Position numbers and translations under genes: made by a program | From: Prevotella sp. | Lineage (GTDB): Bacteria > Bacteroidota > Bacteroidia > Bacteroidales > Bacteroidaceae | Length of the DNA stretch: 64,000 bases | Direction of reading: 5' to 3' | Assembly (NCBI GenBank): GCA_022764085.1 | Contig: JALERP010000177.1 | Coordinates: 2,682-66,681, forward strand | The notes under the pieces: model-generated | What the model was told of the DNA's origin: nothing | Databases searched by the model: none | What the model saw: the letters and a program-made list of their open reading frames with translations, nothing else | Shown here: in pieces, positions 1 to 8,909 of the stretch | Layout of the letters: each line of letters starts with the position of its first letter | Numbering within the stretch: position 1 is the first letter of the stretch

Positions 1-1
1 C

Positions 2-208
2 CTCGTAAGGGATATTCATCATCTCGACATGGGCACATTGCTTGACCGTCTTGGCATTGCCGTGCGCACAGGTCATCATTGTGCCCAACCGCTTATGGAT
101 CGCCTTGGCATACAAGGCACAGTGCGTGCCTCCTTTGCCCTCTATAATACAAAAGAGGAAATAGACATCCTCGCCAATGGTATCGCCCGAGTCTCACAAA
201 TGTTCTGA
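2..208 (+). CDS. sufS: SufS-type cysteine desulfurase, C-terminal fragment (5' truncated by window)
   Basis: Own translation of frame 2: [50 protein letters not shown]...MF*; the RTGHHCA motif is the group II desulfurase signature. Not in the ORF track. Confidence 0.92.
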   Translation, partial: LVRDIHHLDMGTLLDRLGIAVRTGHHCAQPLMDRLGIQGTVRASFALYNTKEEIDILANGIARVSQMF

Positions 209-213
209 TAGCC

Positions 214-828
214 ATGTCCTCATTGCTCCCCTATTTCCATCCCTTCATGATCGAAGCCGGATGCGACGAGGCAGGCCGCGGTTGTCTTGCCGGCAGTGTA
301 TATGCTGCTGCCGTCATCCTCCCTCCGGATTATCACAACGACCTTCTCAACGACTCTAAGCAGTTAACTGAGAAGCGCCGCTATGCCCTGCGAGAGGTAA
401 TCCAACGCGATGCCATTGCCTGGGCTGTAGGTATTGTCACTGCAGAGGAGATTGACAATATCAACATCCTAAATGCCAGTTTTCTCGCCATGCATAGGGC
501 TCTCGACTCCTTGTCGGTGCGTCCAGAGGCAATTATTGTGGATGGCAATCGCTTCAAGCCATATAACGACTTGCCATACGCTACGATAGTAAAGGGTGAC
601 GGTAAATATCTCTCGATAGCGGCAGCGAGCATCCTCGCCAAGACATATCGTGATGACTATATGCTCCAACTCGCCGAGGAATATCCGCAATACGACTGGC
701 AGGGCAACAAGGGTTATCCTACAAAAAAGCATCGGGCGGCAATAAAGCAATATGGCGTCACTCCCTATCATCGCCAATCATTCAATCTGCTTGGCGACAC
801 ACAACTTGAAATACCATTTGAGTTTTGA
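214..828 (+). CDS. rnhB: Ribonuclease HII
   Basis: [33 protein letters not shown] and KGYPT motifs. Confidence 0.96.
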   Translation: MSSLLPYFHPFMIEAGCDEAGRGCLAGSVYAAAVILPPDYHNDLLNDSKQLTEKRRYALREVIQRDAIAWAVGIVTAEEIDNINILNASFLAMHRALDSLSVRPEAIIVDGNRFKPYNDLPYATIVKGDGKYLSIAAASILAKTYRDDYMLQLAEEYPQYDWQGNKGYPTKKHRAAIKQYGVTPYHRQSFNLLGDTQLEIPFEF

Positions 829-834
829 CCACTT

Positions 835-862
835 TCAATATTCAACTTTCAATCTTCAATTT
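835..862. repeat. Heptamer tandem repeat (TCAANNN x4) at the rnhB-sdaA junction
   Basis: tcaatat tcaactt tcaatct tcaattt. Confidence 0.75.
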
Positions 863-868
863 TCTTCA

Positions 869-2071
869 ATGAAATCACTAAAAGAATTATTCAGAATAGG
901 TAAGGGACCCTCGAGCAGTCATACGATGGGACCGCAATATGCTGCAAAGATATTCTTGGAGCGCAACACCGGAGTAAAGAGTTTCGAGGTTACACTTTAT
1001 GGTAGCCTTGCCGCTACTGGTAAGGGACACCAAACCGATACTGCTATCATTGAGGTGCTCTCGCCCGCAGCTCCCGTTGAGATAGTATGGCGTCCATCGG
1101 AATTTCTGCCGTTTCATCCCAATGGCATGAGATTTGTGGCAAAGGATGATGAGGGTAAGACCATTGACGATTGGACTGTGTATAGTGTTGGAGGTGGAGC
1201 TATTTCCGAAGGAGAGAGTAATGCAAAATACGACACTCCCGAAGTGTATGAGATGGAGTCGATGAACGACATTATGAAATGGTGTTACGACAATGGACGC
1301 AGTTATTGGGAGTATGTTGATATAGCCGAAGGCCCCGAAATATGGGATTATCTGATGAAGGTGTGGCAGACGATGCAGGCTGCCGTTGAGAGAGGAATCA
1401 ATACCGAGGGACGGTTGCCTGGACCGCTTAACCTTGCCCGCAAGGCAGCAAAATATTACGTTAAGGCATCAGGCTATCAGAAGAATCTTCAGACTCGCGG
1501 ACTTGTATATTCCTATGCCCTTGCTGTGAGCGAGGAGAATGCCTCAGGCGGTATTATTGTCACAGCACCCACCTGTGGAGCTTGTGGCGTGTTGCCCGCA
1601 GTGCTATATCATCTTTCCCGTGGACATAAATTCAGCGATGAGAAGATACTCCATGCCATTGCCACTGCGGGAATAGTGGGTAATGTAGTGAAGACCAATG
1701 CTTCTATCTCCGGTGCAGACGTAGGTTGCCAGGGAGAGGTGGGTGTGGCTTGTGCCATGGCCTCGGCGGCTGCATGCCAGTTGTTTGGAGGCAGTCCGTC
1801 GCAGATAGAGTATGCCGCTGAGATGGGACTGGAGCATCATTTGGGAATGACGTGTGACCCAGTGTGCGGTCTTGTTCAGATTCCTTGTATAGAGCGCAAT
1901 GCCTTTGCCGCTGCCCGTGCTCTCGACAGTAATATCTTCGCCTCCTTCTCCGACGGTATCCACCGTGTCTCCTTCGACAAAGTCATTAATGTGATGAAAC
2001 AGACAGGTCACGACCTCCCCTCGCTCTACAAGGAGACAAGCGAAGGAGGTCTTGCTGCAATGAATGTATAA
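869..2071 (+). CDS. sdaA: L-serine dehydratase, single-chain Fe-S type
   Basis: [36 protein letters not shown] and [18 protein letters not shown] motifs; start moved to ATG 869 (MKSLKELF). Confidence 0.94.
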   Translation: MKSLKELFRIGKGPSSSHTMGPQYAAKIFLERNTGVKSFEVTLYGSLAATGKGHQTDTAIIEVLSPAAPVEIVWRPSEFLPFHPNGMRFVAKDDEGKTIDDWTVYSVGGGAISEGESNAKYDTPEVYEMESMNDIMKWCYDNGRSYWEYVDIAEGPEIWDYLMKVWQTMQAAVERGINTEGRLPGPLNLARKAAKYYVKASGYQKNLQTRGLVYSYALAVSEENASGGIIVTAPTCGACGVLPAVLYHLSRGHKFSDEKILHAIATAGIVGNVVKTNASISGADVGCQGEVGVACAMASAAACQLFGGSPSQIEYAAEMGLEHHLGMTCDPVCGLVQIPCIERNAFAAARALDSNIFASFSDGIHRVSFDKVINVMKQTGHDLPSLYKETSEGGLAAMNV

Positions 2072-2266
2072 AAAGAAGGACATATGACACAGAAAGATTC
2101 ATCTTTTAAATTGGTCATTATTCAGACTTTTGCAAATTTATAAAATGCAAAGCAGAAGTTGTTTGGTATTTTATTTGCGATGAAGTCCAACGAAACGGGA
2201 CTCGCCTGGTTTGAGATGGAGTTGTCAAACTATCTTGCGGGTTCACTTCATTGTTTACGCAGATAA

Positions 2267-2304
2267 AGAAAAAGCACTTACGAGCAATCGTAAGTGCTTT
2301 TTCT
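2267..2304. terminator. Bidirectional intrinsic terminator between sdaA and the tRNA
   Basis: Inverted repeat agaaaaagcacttacga-gcaa-tcgtaagtgctttttct with A/T tails on both sides. Confidence 0.85.
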
Positions 2305-2309
2305 AAAGG

Positions 2310-2383
2310 TGGGCCATCTAGGGCTTGAACCTAGGACCTCCAGATTATGAGTCTGTTGCTCTAACCAACTGAGCTAAAAGCCC
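2310..2383 (-). tRNA. tRNA with CAT anticodon, probably tRNA-Ile2 (lysidine type); tRNA-Met not excluded
   Basis: Reverse complement GGGCTTTTAGCTCAGTTGGTTAGAGCAACAGACTCATAATCTGGAGGTCCTAGGTTCAAGCCCTAGATGGCCCA: D-loop, anticodon loop CTCATAA, T-loop GTTCAA, C4-G69 pair; CCA not fully encoded. Confidence 0.9.
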
Positions 2384-2427
2384 GATGAAAAACAGATGAA
2401 CGTGAGACATTCGCCGTATTTCGTGTG

Positions 2428-2435
2428 CAAAGGTA
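2428..2435 (-). promoter_or_regulatory. Bacteroidetes primary-sigma -7 element for the tRNA
   Basis: TACCTTTG on the minus strand matches TAnnTTTG, about 45 bp upstream of the tRNA. Confidence 0.7.
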
Positions 2436-2554
2436 CGGCTTTTTTTGCAAAAAACCAAATATTTTTTGCAAAAAAGACTAAAAACATGCGATTTTTCTCA
2501 CTATATGGCTTTTTATTAGTAATTTTGCAGTCTGAAATCATATATTATAATGTA

Positions 2555-5119
2555 ATGAACGAAGAAAACAAAGTGAGAGGTCTCTCGGAACAACAGGTGA
2601 GGGAGAACAGGGAACGATGGGGCGAAAACACACTTACACCCCCTGAACGCACGTCGATGTGGAAACTGTATCTTGAAAAGTACAACGATCCGATTATCAG
2701 AATCCTTCTTGTAGCAGCTGCCATATCCTTGGGACTGGCAGTAATCGAGAACGACTACGTGGAGGCAATCGGCATTTTCCTCGCCATATTTTTCGCCACT
2801 ACCGTGGGATTCTATTTCGAACGCGATGCAGCAAAGAGATTTGAAGAACTAACCGCCCTGGGCGAGGAACAACCCGTTAAGGTGGTGAGAGGAGGACATG
2901 TGGTGGAAATTGCGCGAAGGGAGATTGTTGTGGGCGACATTGTGGTGCTCGCTGTGGGCGACGAAGTGCCCGCAGACGGAAAACTATTTGAAGCAACTGA
3001 CTTGCAACTTGACGAATCGACACTGACGGGAGAACCTATCATATCAAAGTTTGTGGAGGTGAAAAACGATGGAGCGACATATCCGTCGAATATAGCTCTG
3101 CGCTCAACGATGGTGATGAATGGACAAGGAAGAATGAAGGTGATTGCAGTGGGAGACAACACCGAAATAGGTAAGGTAGCCACCAAATCCACGGAGATTA
3201 CCTCAGTGAAGACCCCACTGAACCTGCAACTCGACCGGCTTGCAAAGCTCATCAGCAAGATTGGCTCTGCTGTGGCGGCATTGGCATTCGTGGGTTTCCT
3301 CGGCCACGACATCATGACCAACCAACTGTGGCACACTGGGGAATACCTGAGAATGGCTGAGGTGGTGCTGAAATACTTCATGATGGCTGTCACGCTCATT
3401 GTCATGGCAGTGCCCGAGGGCTTGCCAATGGCTGTGACCTTAGCCTTGGCTCTGAACATGAGGAGGATGCTCAAGAGCAATAACCTCGTAAGAAAACTGC
3501 ACGCATGTGAGACCATGGGAGCGGTGACGGTGATTTGCACCGACAAGACGGGCACTCTGACACAGAACAAGATGCAGGTGGCTGAGATGAGCATATACGA
3601 TGACAAGACTCTGCTTGAGACAGCTATGGCGGTGAACTCGACGGCCGAACTCGACGGAGACAAGACCATAGGCAACCCCACTGAGGCTGCTCTGCTCCTA
3701 TGGCTGAAAGGCGAGGGAGAGAACTACACTGAATTGAGAAAAAAGGGAAAGGTGGTGTGGCAACTGCCATTCTCGACCGAACATAAGCACATGGCTACCA
3801 TAATCGACATTGAGGGGAAGAGATACGTGATGGTGAAGGGTGCTCCCGAGATAGTGACCGCCCACTGTTCAATAGACGACGGGAGTACGCAGAAGATACA
3901 ACAGCAGTTGCTCAACTATCAGATGCAGGCCATGCGTACACTTGCCTTTGCATACAAGGAAATCAGCAACGACACATCCACATTCGACCTGAAGACCTGC
4001 GGCAAAGAACTGACGCTGCAGGCCATCGCAGCCATTAGCGACCCGCTGAGGGAGGAAGTGCCAGGGGCTGTGAGAGAATGCGCAAGGGCAGGAATAGACG
4101 TGAAGATAGTGACCGGCGACACATCTGCCACTGCCATAGAGATAGCAAGACAAATAGGAATATGGCACGATGACATACCCGACGGTGCCCAGATTACAGG
4201 TCCCGACTTTGCCGCCTTGAGCGACGAGGAGGCATACCAGAGGGTGGAGGCACTGAAGGTAATGAGCCGTGCAAGACCCACTGACAAACAGAGACTTGTG
4301 AACATGCTGCAGAAACACGGAGAGGTGGTGGCTGTGACGGGAGACGGCACAAACGACGCTCCCGCACTTAATCACGCCCACGTGGGACTTTCGCTGGGTT
4401 CGGGAACGAGTGTGGCAAAGAACGCGAGCGACATGACTCTCATCGATGACTCGTTCAGGAGCATAGTGAGTGCAGTACAATGGGGACGCTCGCTATACCG
4501 TAACATCCAGAGGTTCATATTCTTCCAGTTGGTAGTGAACGTCACCGCCCTGCTGCTTGTGCTTGGTGGCTCGTTCATCGGTACGGAACTTCCCCTTACC
4601 ATAACTCAGATGCTATGGGTGAACCTCATAATGGACACATTCGCGGCTATGGCACTTGCCTCGCTGCCCCCCGAGAGCGACGTGATGGGTAAGAAGCCCC
4701 GAAAGCAAACCGACTTTATCATCAACCGTCCTATGGCATGGGGAATATGTATAGTGGGCATATTGTTTTTCGGCATGATGTTCGCATTGCTATGGTATTT
4801 TGAAATGGTAGCAGGAGTGTCAACTAAGGAGTTGACCATCTTCTTCACGATTTTCGTGATGCAGCAATGGTGGAATCTCTTCAACGCTAAGACCCTCGGC
4901 GGATGCCGCACCACATTCCACAGACTATTGGCCGACAAGGGACTGCTGTTTGTGCTGGCTATCATCCTCATAGGACAATGGCTGATAGTGGAGTTCGGAG
5001 GCAAGATGTTCCGCACTACCCCGCTCGACCTTGAGACATGGGGGTGGATTATCTTAGGCACATCACCGGTGATGATTGTTGGTGAACTGCTAAGGGCTGT
5101 GGGAAGGATAAGGAGATAG
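2555..5119 (+). CDS. Calcium-translocating P-type ATPase (PMCA-like)
   Basis: LTGE, VPEGL, DKTGTLT, KGAPE, TGD and GDGTNDAPAL motifs; start moved to ATG 2555, with TAATTTTG at 2520-2527. Confidence 0.92.
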   Translation: MNEENKVRGLSEQQVRENRERWGENTLTPPERTSMWKLYLEKYNDPIIRILLVAAAISLGLAVIENDYVEAIGIFLAIFFATTVGFYFERDAAKRFEELTALGEEQPVKVVRGGHVVEIARREIVVGDIVVLAVGDEVPADGKLFEATDLQLDESTLTGEPIISKFVEVKNDGATYPSNIALRSTMVMNGQGRMKVIAVGDNTEIGKVATKSTEITSVKTPLNLQLDRLAKLISKIGSAVAALAFVGFLGHDIMTNQLWHTGEYLRMAEVVLKYFMMAVTLIVMAVPEGLPMAVTLALALNMRRMLKSNNLVRKLHACETMGAVTVICTDKTGTLTQNKMQVAEMSIYDDKTLLETAMAVNSTAELDGDKTIGNPTEAALLLWLKGEGENYTELRKKGKVVWQLPFSTEHKHMATIIDIEGKRYVMVKGAPEIVTAHCSIDDGSTQKIQQQLLNYQMQAMRTLAFAYKEISNDTSTFDLKTCGKELTLQAIAAISDPLREEVPGAVRECARAGIDVKIVTGDTSATAIEIARQIGIWHDDIPDGAQITGPDFAALSDEEAYQRVEALKVMSRARPTDKQRLVNMLQKHGEVVAVTGDGTNDAPALNHAHVGLSLGSGTSVAKNASDMTLIDDSFRSIVSAVQWGRSLYRNIQRFIFFQLVVNVTALLLVLGGSFIGTELPLTITQMLWVNLIMDTFAAMALASLPPESDVMGKKPRKQTDFIINRPMAWGICIVGILFFGMMFALLWYFEMVAGVSTKELTIFFTIFVMQQWWNLFNAKTLGGCRTTFHRLLADKGLLFVLAIILIGQWLIVEFGGKMFRTTPLDLETWGWIILGTSPVMIVGELLRAVGRIRR

Positions 5120-5126
5120 AATAAGT

Positions 5127-6038
5127 ATGATAGCAACAATAGGATTTTTCGATGGAGTGCACCTTGGTCATTGCCATGTCATCAACATGATTAAGAAGGT
5201 GGCTGAGGGGAAGGGACTCAAGACGTGTGTCATCACCTTCGACCGCCATCCACGCCAGGTGGTGCAACCCGAATGGTGCCCCGAGATGCTGACCACACTC
5301 GAGGAGAAGACGCAACTGCTGAAGGCCACGGGGATAGACCGATGCGAGGTTTTGCACTTCGACCGCAAGCTGGCATCACTCTCGGCTAGGGACTTCATGC
5401 TCCAAATACTGAAAGAACGTCTGCGGGTAACACATCTTGTCACCGGTTATGATAACCGCTTCGGTCACAACCGCAGCGAGGGGTTTGAGGACTACGTGAG
5501 ATACGGTAAGAAAATCGGTATAGAGGTGACAAGAGCAGAGGAGCTCACCATGGGCAGCACACATGTTAGCTCGTCATCCATCAGACGAATGCTGAAGGAA
5601 GGCAAAATTGAGGAGGCTACCATGTGCTTAGGTCATGAATACCGTATCACGGGTACTGTGGTGGCGGGTGAGCACATTGGCAGGACCATCGGTTTCCCCA
5701 CGGCTAACATCCTTCCCAACGATAGCAGCAAACTTATTCCTGCCAATGGTGTGTATGCCGTGGATGTATGGAGCGAGCCGGAGGGCATAAGCCGCCGGAG
5801 AGCTATGCTGAACATAGGAACGCGTCCCACATTCGACGGCAAGGGAATCACCATCGAGGTGCATATCCCCGATTTCGCAAGCGACCTCTACGGCAAGCCT
5901 CTCACCATCTCATTCATCTCAAAAATCAGGGAAGAAAGACGTTTTCACTCGCCCGAAGAGCTTGTGGAGCAGTTGAACAAGGACTTGGAAAATATCATAA
6001 AACAAAAATTATGTAACAATGAAAAAGATAGTTTATGA
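5127..6038 (+). CDS. ribF: Bifunctional riboflavin kinase/FAD synthetase
   Basis: GFFDGVHLGH, GRTIGFPTAN, NIGTRPTF and IEVHI motifs. Confidence 0.95.
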   Translation: MIATIGFFDGVHLGHCHVINMIKKVAEGKGLKTCVITFDRHPRQVVQPEWCPEMLTTLEEKTQLLKATGIDRCEVLHFDRKLASLSARDFMLQILKERLRVTHLVTGYDNRFGHNRSEGFEDYVRYGKKIGIEVTRAEELTMGSTHVSSSSIRRMLKEGKIEEATMCLGHEYRITGTVVAGEHIGRTIGFPTANILPNDSSKLIPANGVYAVDVWSEPEGISRRRAMLNIGTRPTFDGKGITIEVHIPDFASDLYGKPLTISFISKIREERRFHSPEELVEQLNKDLENIIKQKLCNNEKDSL

Positions 6039-6786
6039 CGTGATTTTGTATCTGGTGGTTTTTGCTGCCATACAAATAATAGTGTCATTGGCAGGCGGAT
6101 TTATATTCGGAATGGCAGTTGAAAGTCCGTTGGCGTTGGTGGTGGTATCAGCCACGTCAAGCATATTAACTCTGGCATTGTTCCTTTGGAGGAAATGGAC
6201 ACCAGTGGGCAGTGAGTTCATCAAGTCGAGACCATGGGCAATATTGACATGGAGCACCTTGGCTGCCTTGGGAGTTGTTATTCCTTCGGTATGGTTGCAG
6301 GAGCAGTTACCCGAACTGCCCGATACCGCAGGTGACATATTGGCGAAAATAATATCTACCCCAGGAGGATATTTCGTGATAGCACTGCTGGCTCCTATTG
6401 TGGAGGAAGCGGTGTTTAGGGGAGCAATACTCAGAAAACTGCTTTCGTCGATGAGCAACAAGTGGGGAGCGATAGCCATTTCATCGGCATTGTTCGCCCT
6501 TGTGCATGCCAATCCCGCACAGGCGCCACATGCCTTTCTGATGGGATGGCTAATGGGATGGCTATATATGCGAACGGGAAGCATAGTGCCCGGTGTGGTA
6601 TTCCATTGGGCAAACAACACCGTGGCATACCTCATCGCAGTGGCATATCCCGGAAATGAGGTTAAACTGGTGGATATATTCAGCGGAAACGAGACCGCTG
6701 TGTTAATGAGTGTAGTGTTCTCGCTCTGCATATTCCTTCCGGCATTGTTCCAATTGAATATTTGTACCAAAACGAGGGGTCGCTAA
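6019..6786 (+). CDS. CPBP (CAAX/Abi) family intramembrane metalloprotease
   Basis: APIVEEAVFRG, FALVH and HWANN motifs; multiple TM segments. Confidence 0.9.
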   Translation: MKKIVYDVILYLVVFAAIQIIVSLAGGFIFGMAVESPLALVVVSATSSILTLALFLWRKWTPVGSEFIKSRPWAILTWSTLAALGVVIPSVWLQEQLPELPDTAGDILAKIISTPGGYFVIALLAPIVEEAVFRGAILRKLLSSMSNKWGAIAISSALFALVHANPAQAPHAFLMGWLMGWLYMRTGSIVPGVVFHWANNTVAYLIAVAYPGNEVKLVDIFSGNETAVLMSVVFSLCIFLPALFQLNICTKTRGR

Positions 6787-6800
6787 AAAAGCGACCCCTT
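6775..6800. terminator. Hairpin, probable terminator at the convergent junction
   Basis: aggggtcgct-aaaaa-agcgacccct. Confidence 0.65.
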
Positions 6801-6901
6801 ACAACGTTAGTATGTTATGAAAAATTTGAGAGAACAGAAACTTCACAGTTTCATTTTCGTTTTATTAAACATGATTTTATATTATAGAGAAAGCATAGAA
6901 A

Positions 6902-7441
6902 TTATCGTCTGATATTATTTTCAATAGCAACCTTGGACTTTATCGAGTCGGTCATCGTCCTGATGCTCTTGGCAGCCACAGAGTCAACAACTGTCTGTCC
7001 GACCCCAGCCGTAACCATTCCATTGTCCACCTTCGCCGTGTCGGCAGCCATCATCACCTGAGGCTGCAACGGGTTTTCATTTGATATCGTTCCCATCGAC
7101 CACTGTGCTGCATCACCCACGGTGAGCACCATTGCCACAATGGCAGCAGCCTTGAAGAGTGGTTTGAGATATGAGGCGAGAGACACCTTCCTAGCCTTAA
7201 CCACATTGGGACACTCTACTTTGTCGCACTCAATGGCAGCCAATACCTTACTGTCGAACTCGTCTCCAAGAGGTTCGCTGGCGGCAGACTGCTTTTGATA
7301 TTCAAACAGACTGCGGTATTTGAGTAGTCGCGCCGGAACATCCTTCTGGCTGAAGAAGGTGCGCAGGATGGATTCCTCCTCAATGGTGGTCTCGCAATCC
7401 CAATAGCGTTCTAGCAACTGTTCAATATACTTATAGTCCAT
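6902..7441 (-). CDS. Probable membrane-anchored anti-sigma factor
   Basis: Overlaps the ECF sigma gene; N-terminal IEQLLERYWDCETTIEEE helical domain followed by one TM helix (AAAIVAMVLTV). Confidence 0.7.
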   Translation of the reverse strand: MDYKYIEQLLERYWDCETTIEEESILRTFFSQKDVPARLLKYRSLFEYQKQSAASEPLGDEFDSKVLAAIECDKVECPNVVKARKVSLASYLKPLFKAAAIVAMVLTVGDAAQWSMGTISNENPLQPQVMMAADTAKVDNGMVTAGVGQTVVDSVAAKSIRTMTDSIKSKVAIENNIRR

Positions 7442-7952
7442 AATAATCTTCTGATTCCAAATATTGCTTTTTAATCGTTTGTCGCGCCCTGAATAGAGTG
7501 ACCTTCACCTGTTCGTCGGTCATCTTCATCACAGAGGCGATTTCCTTATAGCTCATGCCCTCGAAGTCCCTGAGCTGTATCACGCTCTTTTGCTTTTCAG
7601 GCAGGTGGTCCACCAGGCTTTTCACCAACATCATCCTGTCGTTCTGCTGGACCTGTTCCTCGGGATTGGATGCGCAGGATGTGTCAACTGCCTGGCTTCG
7701 GGCCTCATCGAGGGTTTCATTATGCAAGTCAGCCCTTCGGATGCGGTCGAGTGCGAGATTTCGGCAGATGGAGTAGCAGAAGGCCTCGATGGATTCTATC
7801 TCATCCCAGTGCTCACGTCTTTTCCACACCTTAATCAGCGTCTCCTGCACGATGTCTTCTGCATCTGCATTGTTGAGAGTGATGCGTTGAGCCAACCGGA
7901 AGAGCTTGTTCTTCAGCGGAAGGATGTCGTTGCGAAAGCTGATTTTATCCAT
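7431..7952 (-). CDS. ECF-type RNA polymerase sigma factor
   Basis: Region 2 DAEDIVQETLIKVW and RNLALDRIR; region 4 LPEKQKSVIQLRDFEGMSYKEIA...VKVTLFRAR. Confidence 0.93.
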   Translation of the reverse strand: MDKISFRNDILPLKNKLFRLAQRITLNNADAEDIVQETLIKVWKRREHWDEIESIEAFCYSICRNLALDRIRRADLHNETLDEARSQAVDTSCASNPEEQVQQNDRMMLVKSLVDHLPEKQKSVIQLRDFEGMSYKEIASVMKMTDEQVKVTLFRARQTIKKQYLESEDYYGL

Positions 7953-7965
7953 TCTCTATTGTTAA

Positions 7966-7992
7966 GACGATTGATGTGTGGGAAATGTTACA
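7966..7992 (-). promoter_or_regulatory. Candidate ECF autoregulatory promoter TGTAAC-N17-CGTC
   Basis: Minus strand reads TGTAAC atttcccacacatcaat CGTC, 13 bp before the sigma ATG; fits the AAC/CGT ECF consensus. Confidence 0.7.
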
Positions 7993-8041
7993 GGGAACTG
8001 CGTTAAAAAGTGTTATTATTGAAAAATCCTTTATTTCCCGA

Positions 8042-8860
8042 TTAAACAATAACAGTACCCTCACTATTTCCTAGTGCATCGGCCTTGGTGATGACCACTT
8101 TCTTCACTCCTGCCTTAATGGCGTCGAGTGCGTTTTCGATTTTGGGAATCATACCTCCCGCTATTGTACCGTCGGCCACATAACGTTTGAAATCGTCTCG
8201 GGTGATTACGGGGATTACACTGTTGTCATCGTCGGGATTGGACAACACGCCCTTCTTCTCAAAACAGAAGGTGAGGGTGACGTCATAATAGGGGGCGAGA
8301 GCTTTAGCTGTCTCTGCTGCTATGGTATCGGCATTGGTGTTGAGGATGTATCCCAGACCGTCGTGAGTGAGCGGAGCCATCACGGGTGTGATTCCAGCCT
8401 CGATAAGTGTGGCGAGCATCTTGCCGTCGGCCTTGTCAACATCACCGACGAAGCCATAGTCTATGCCGTTTTTCAACGGACGCTTGTGAGAACGTATTAC
8501 ATCGACATCGGCGCCGGTGAGACCAAGGGCATTGACGCCCGCAGCCTGCAGTCTAGCCACCAGATTCTTGTTCACGAGTCCTCCATATACCATTGTCACC
8601 ACTTCGAGCATATCGGCATCGGTGACTCGCCTGCCGTTCACCATCTTTGTCTCGATGCCAAGTGAGGCAGCAACCTTGGTGGCACGACGTCCACCGCCAT
8701 GCACCAGCACTTTCTTGCCCTCAACAGCAGAGAAGTCATTAAGAAGACGGGAGAGTTGTGTCTCATCCTCGACAACAGCTCCTCCCACCTTTATTATATT
8801 AAGGGGGCAGCCCCCTTCTGACCTCCCCGCAGGGAGTGATTTTTCGTCATTCAGATTCAT
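8042..8860 (-). CDS. argB: Acetylglutamate kinase
   Basis: IIKVGG, LVHGGG, GRRVTD and LNTNADTIA motifs; start probably ATG 8860. Confidence 0.93.
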   Translation of the reverse strand: MNLNDEKSLPAGRSEGGCPLNIIKVGGAVVEDETQLSRLLNDFSAVEGKKVLVHGGGRRATKVAASLGIETKMVNGRRVTDADMLEVVTMVYGGLVNKNLVARLQAAGVNALGLTGADVDVIRSHKRPLKNGIDYGFVGDVDKADGKMLATLIEAGITPVMAPLTHDGLGYILNTNADTIAAETAKALAPYYDVTLTFCFEKKGVLSNPDDDNSVIPVITRDDFKRYVADGTIAGGMIPKIENALDAIKAGVKKVVITKADALGNSEGTVIV

Positions 8861-8909
8861 GATAATCAAATTTTTATTTTGCAAAATATGGAGTTCACCT
8901 CATTGTCAA

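Noticed and set aside
2177..2196. Hammerhead ribozyme core (GATGA...CGAAAC)
   Set aside because: CUGANGA is not intact (GCGATGA) and stem II cannot pair.
2072..2400. Prophage or island integrated at the tRNA
   Set aside because: No integrase and no duplicated tRNA 3' end visible in the window.
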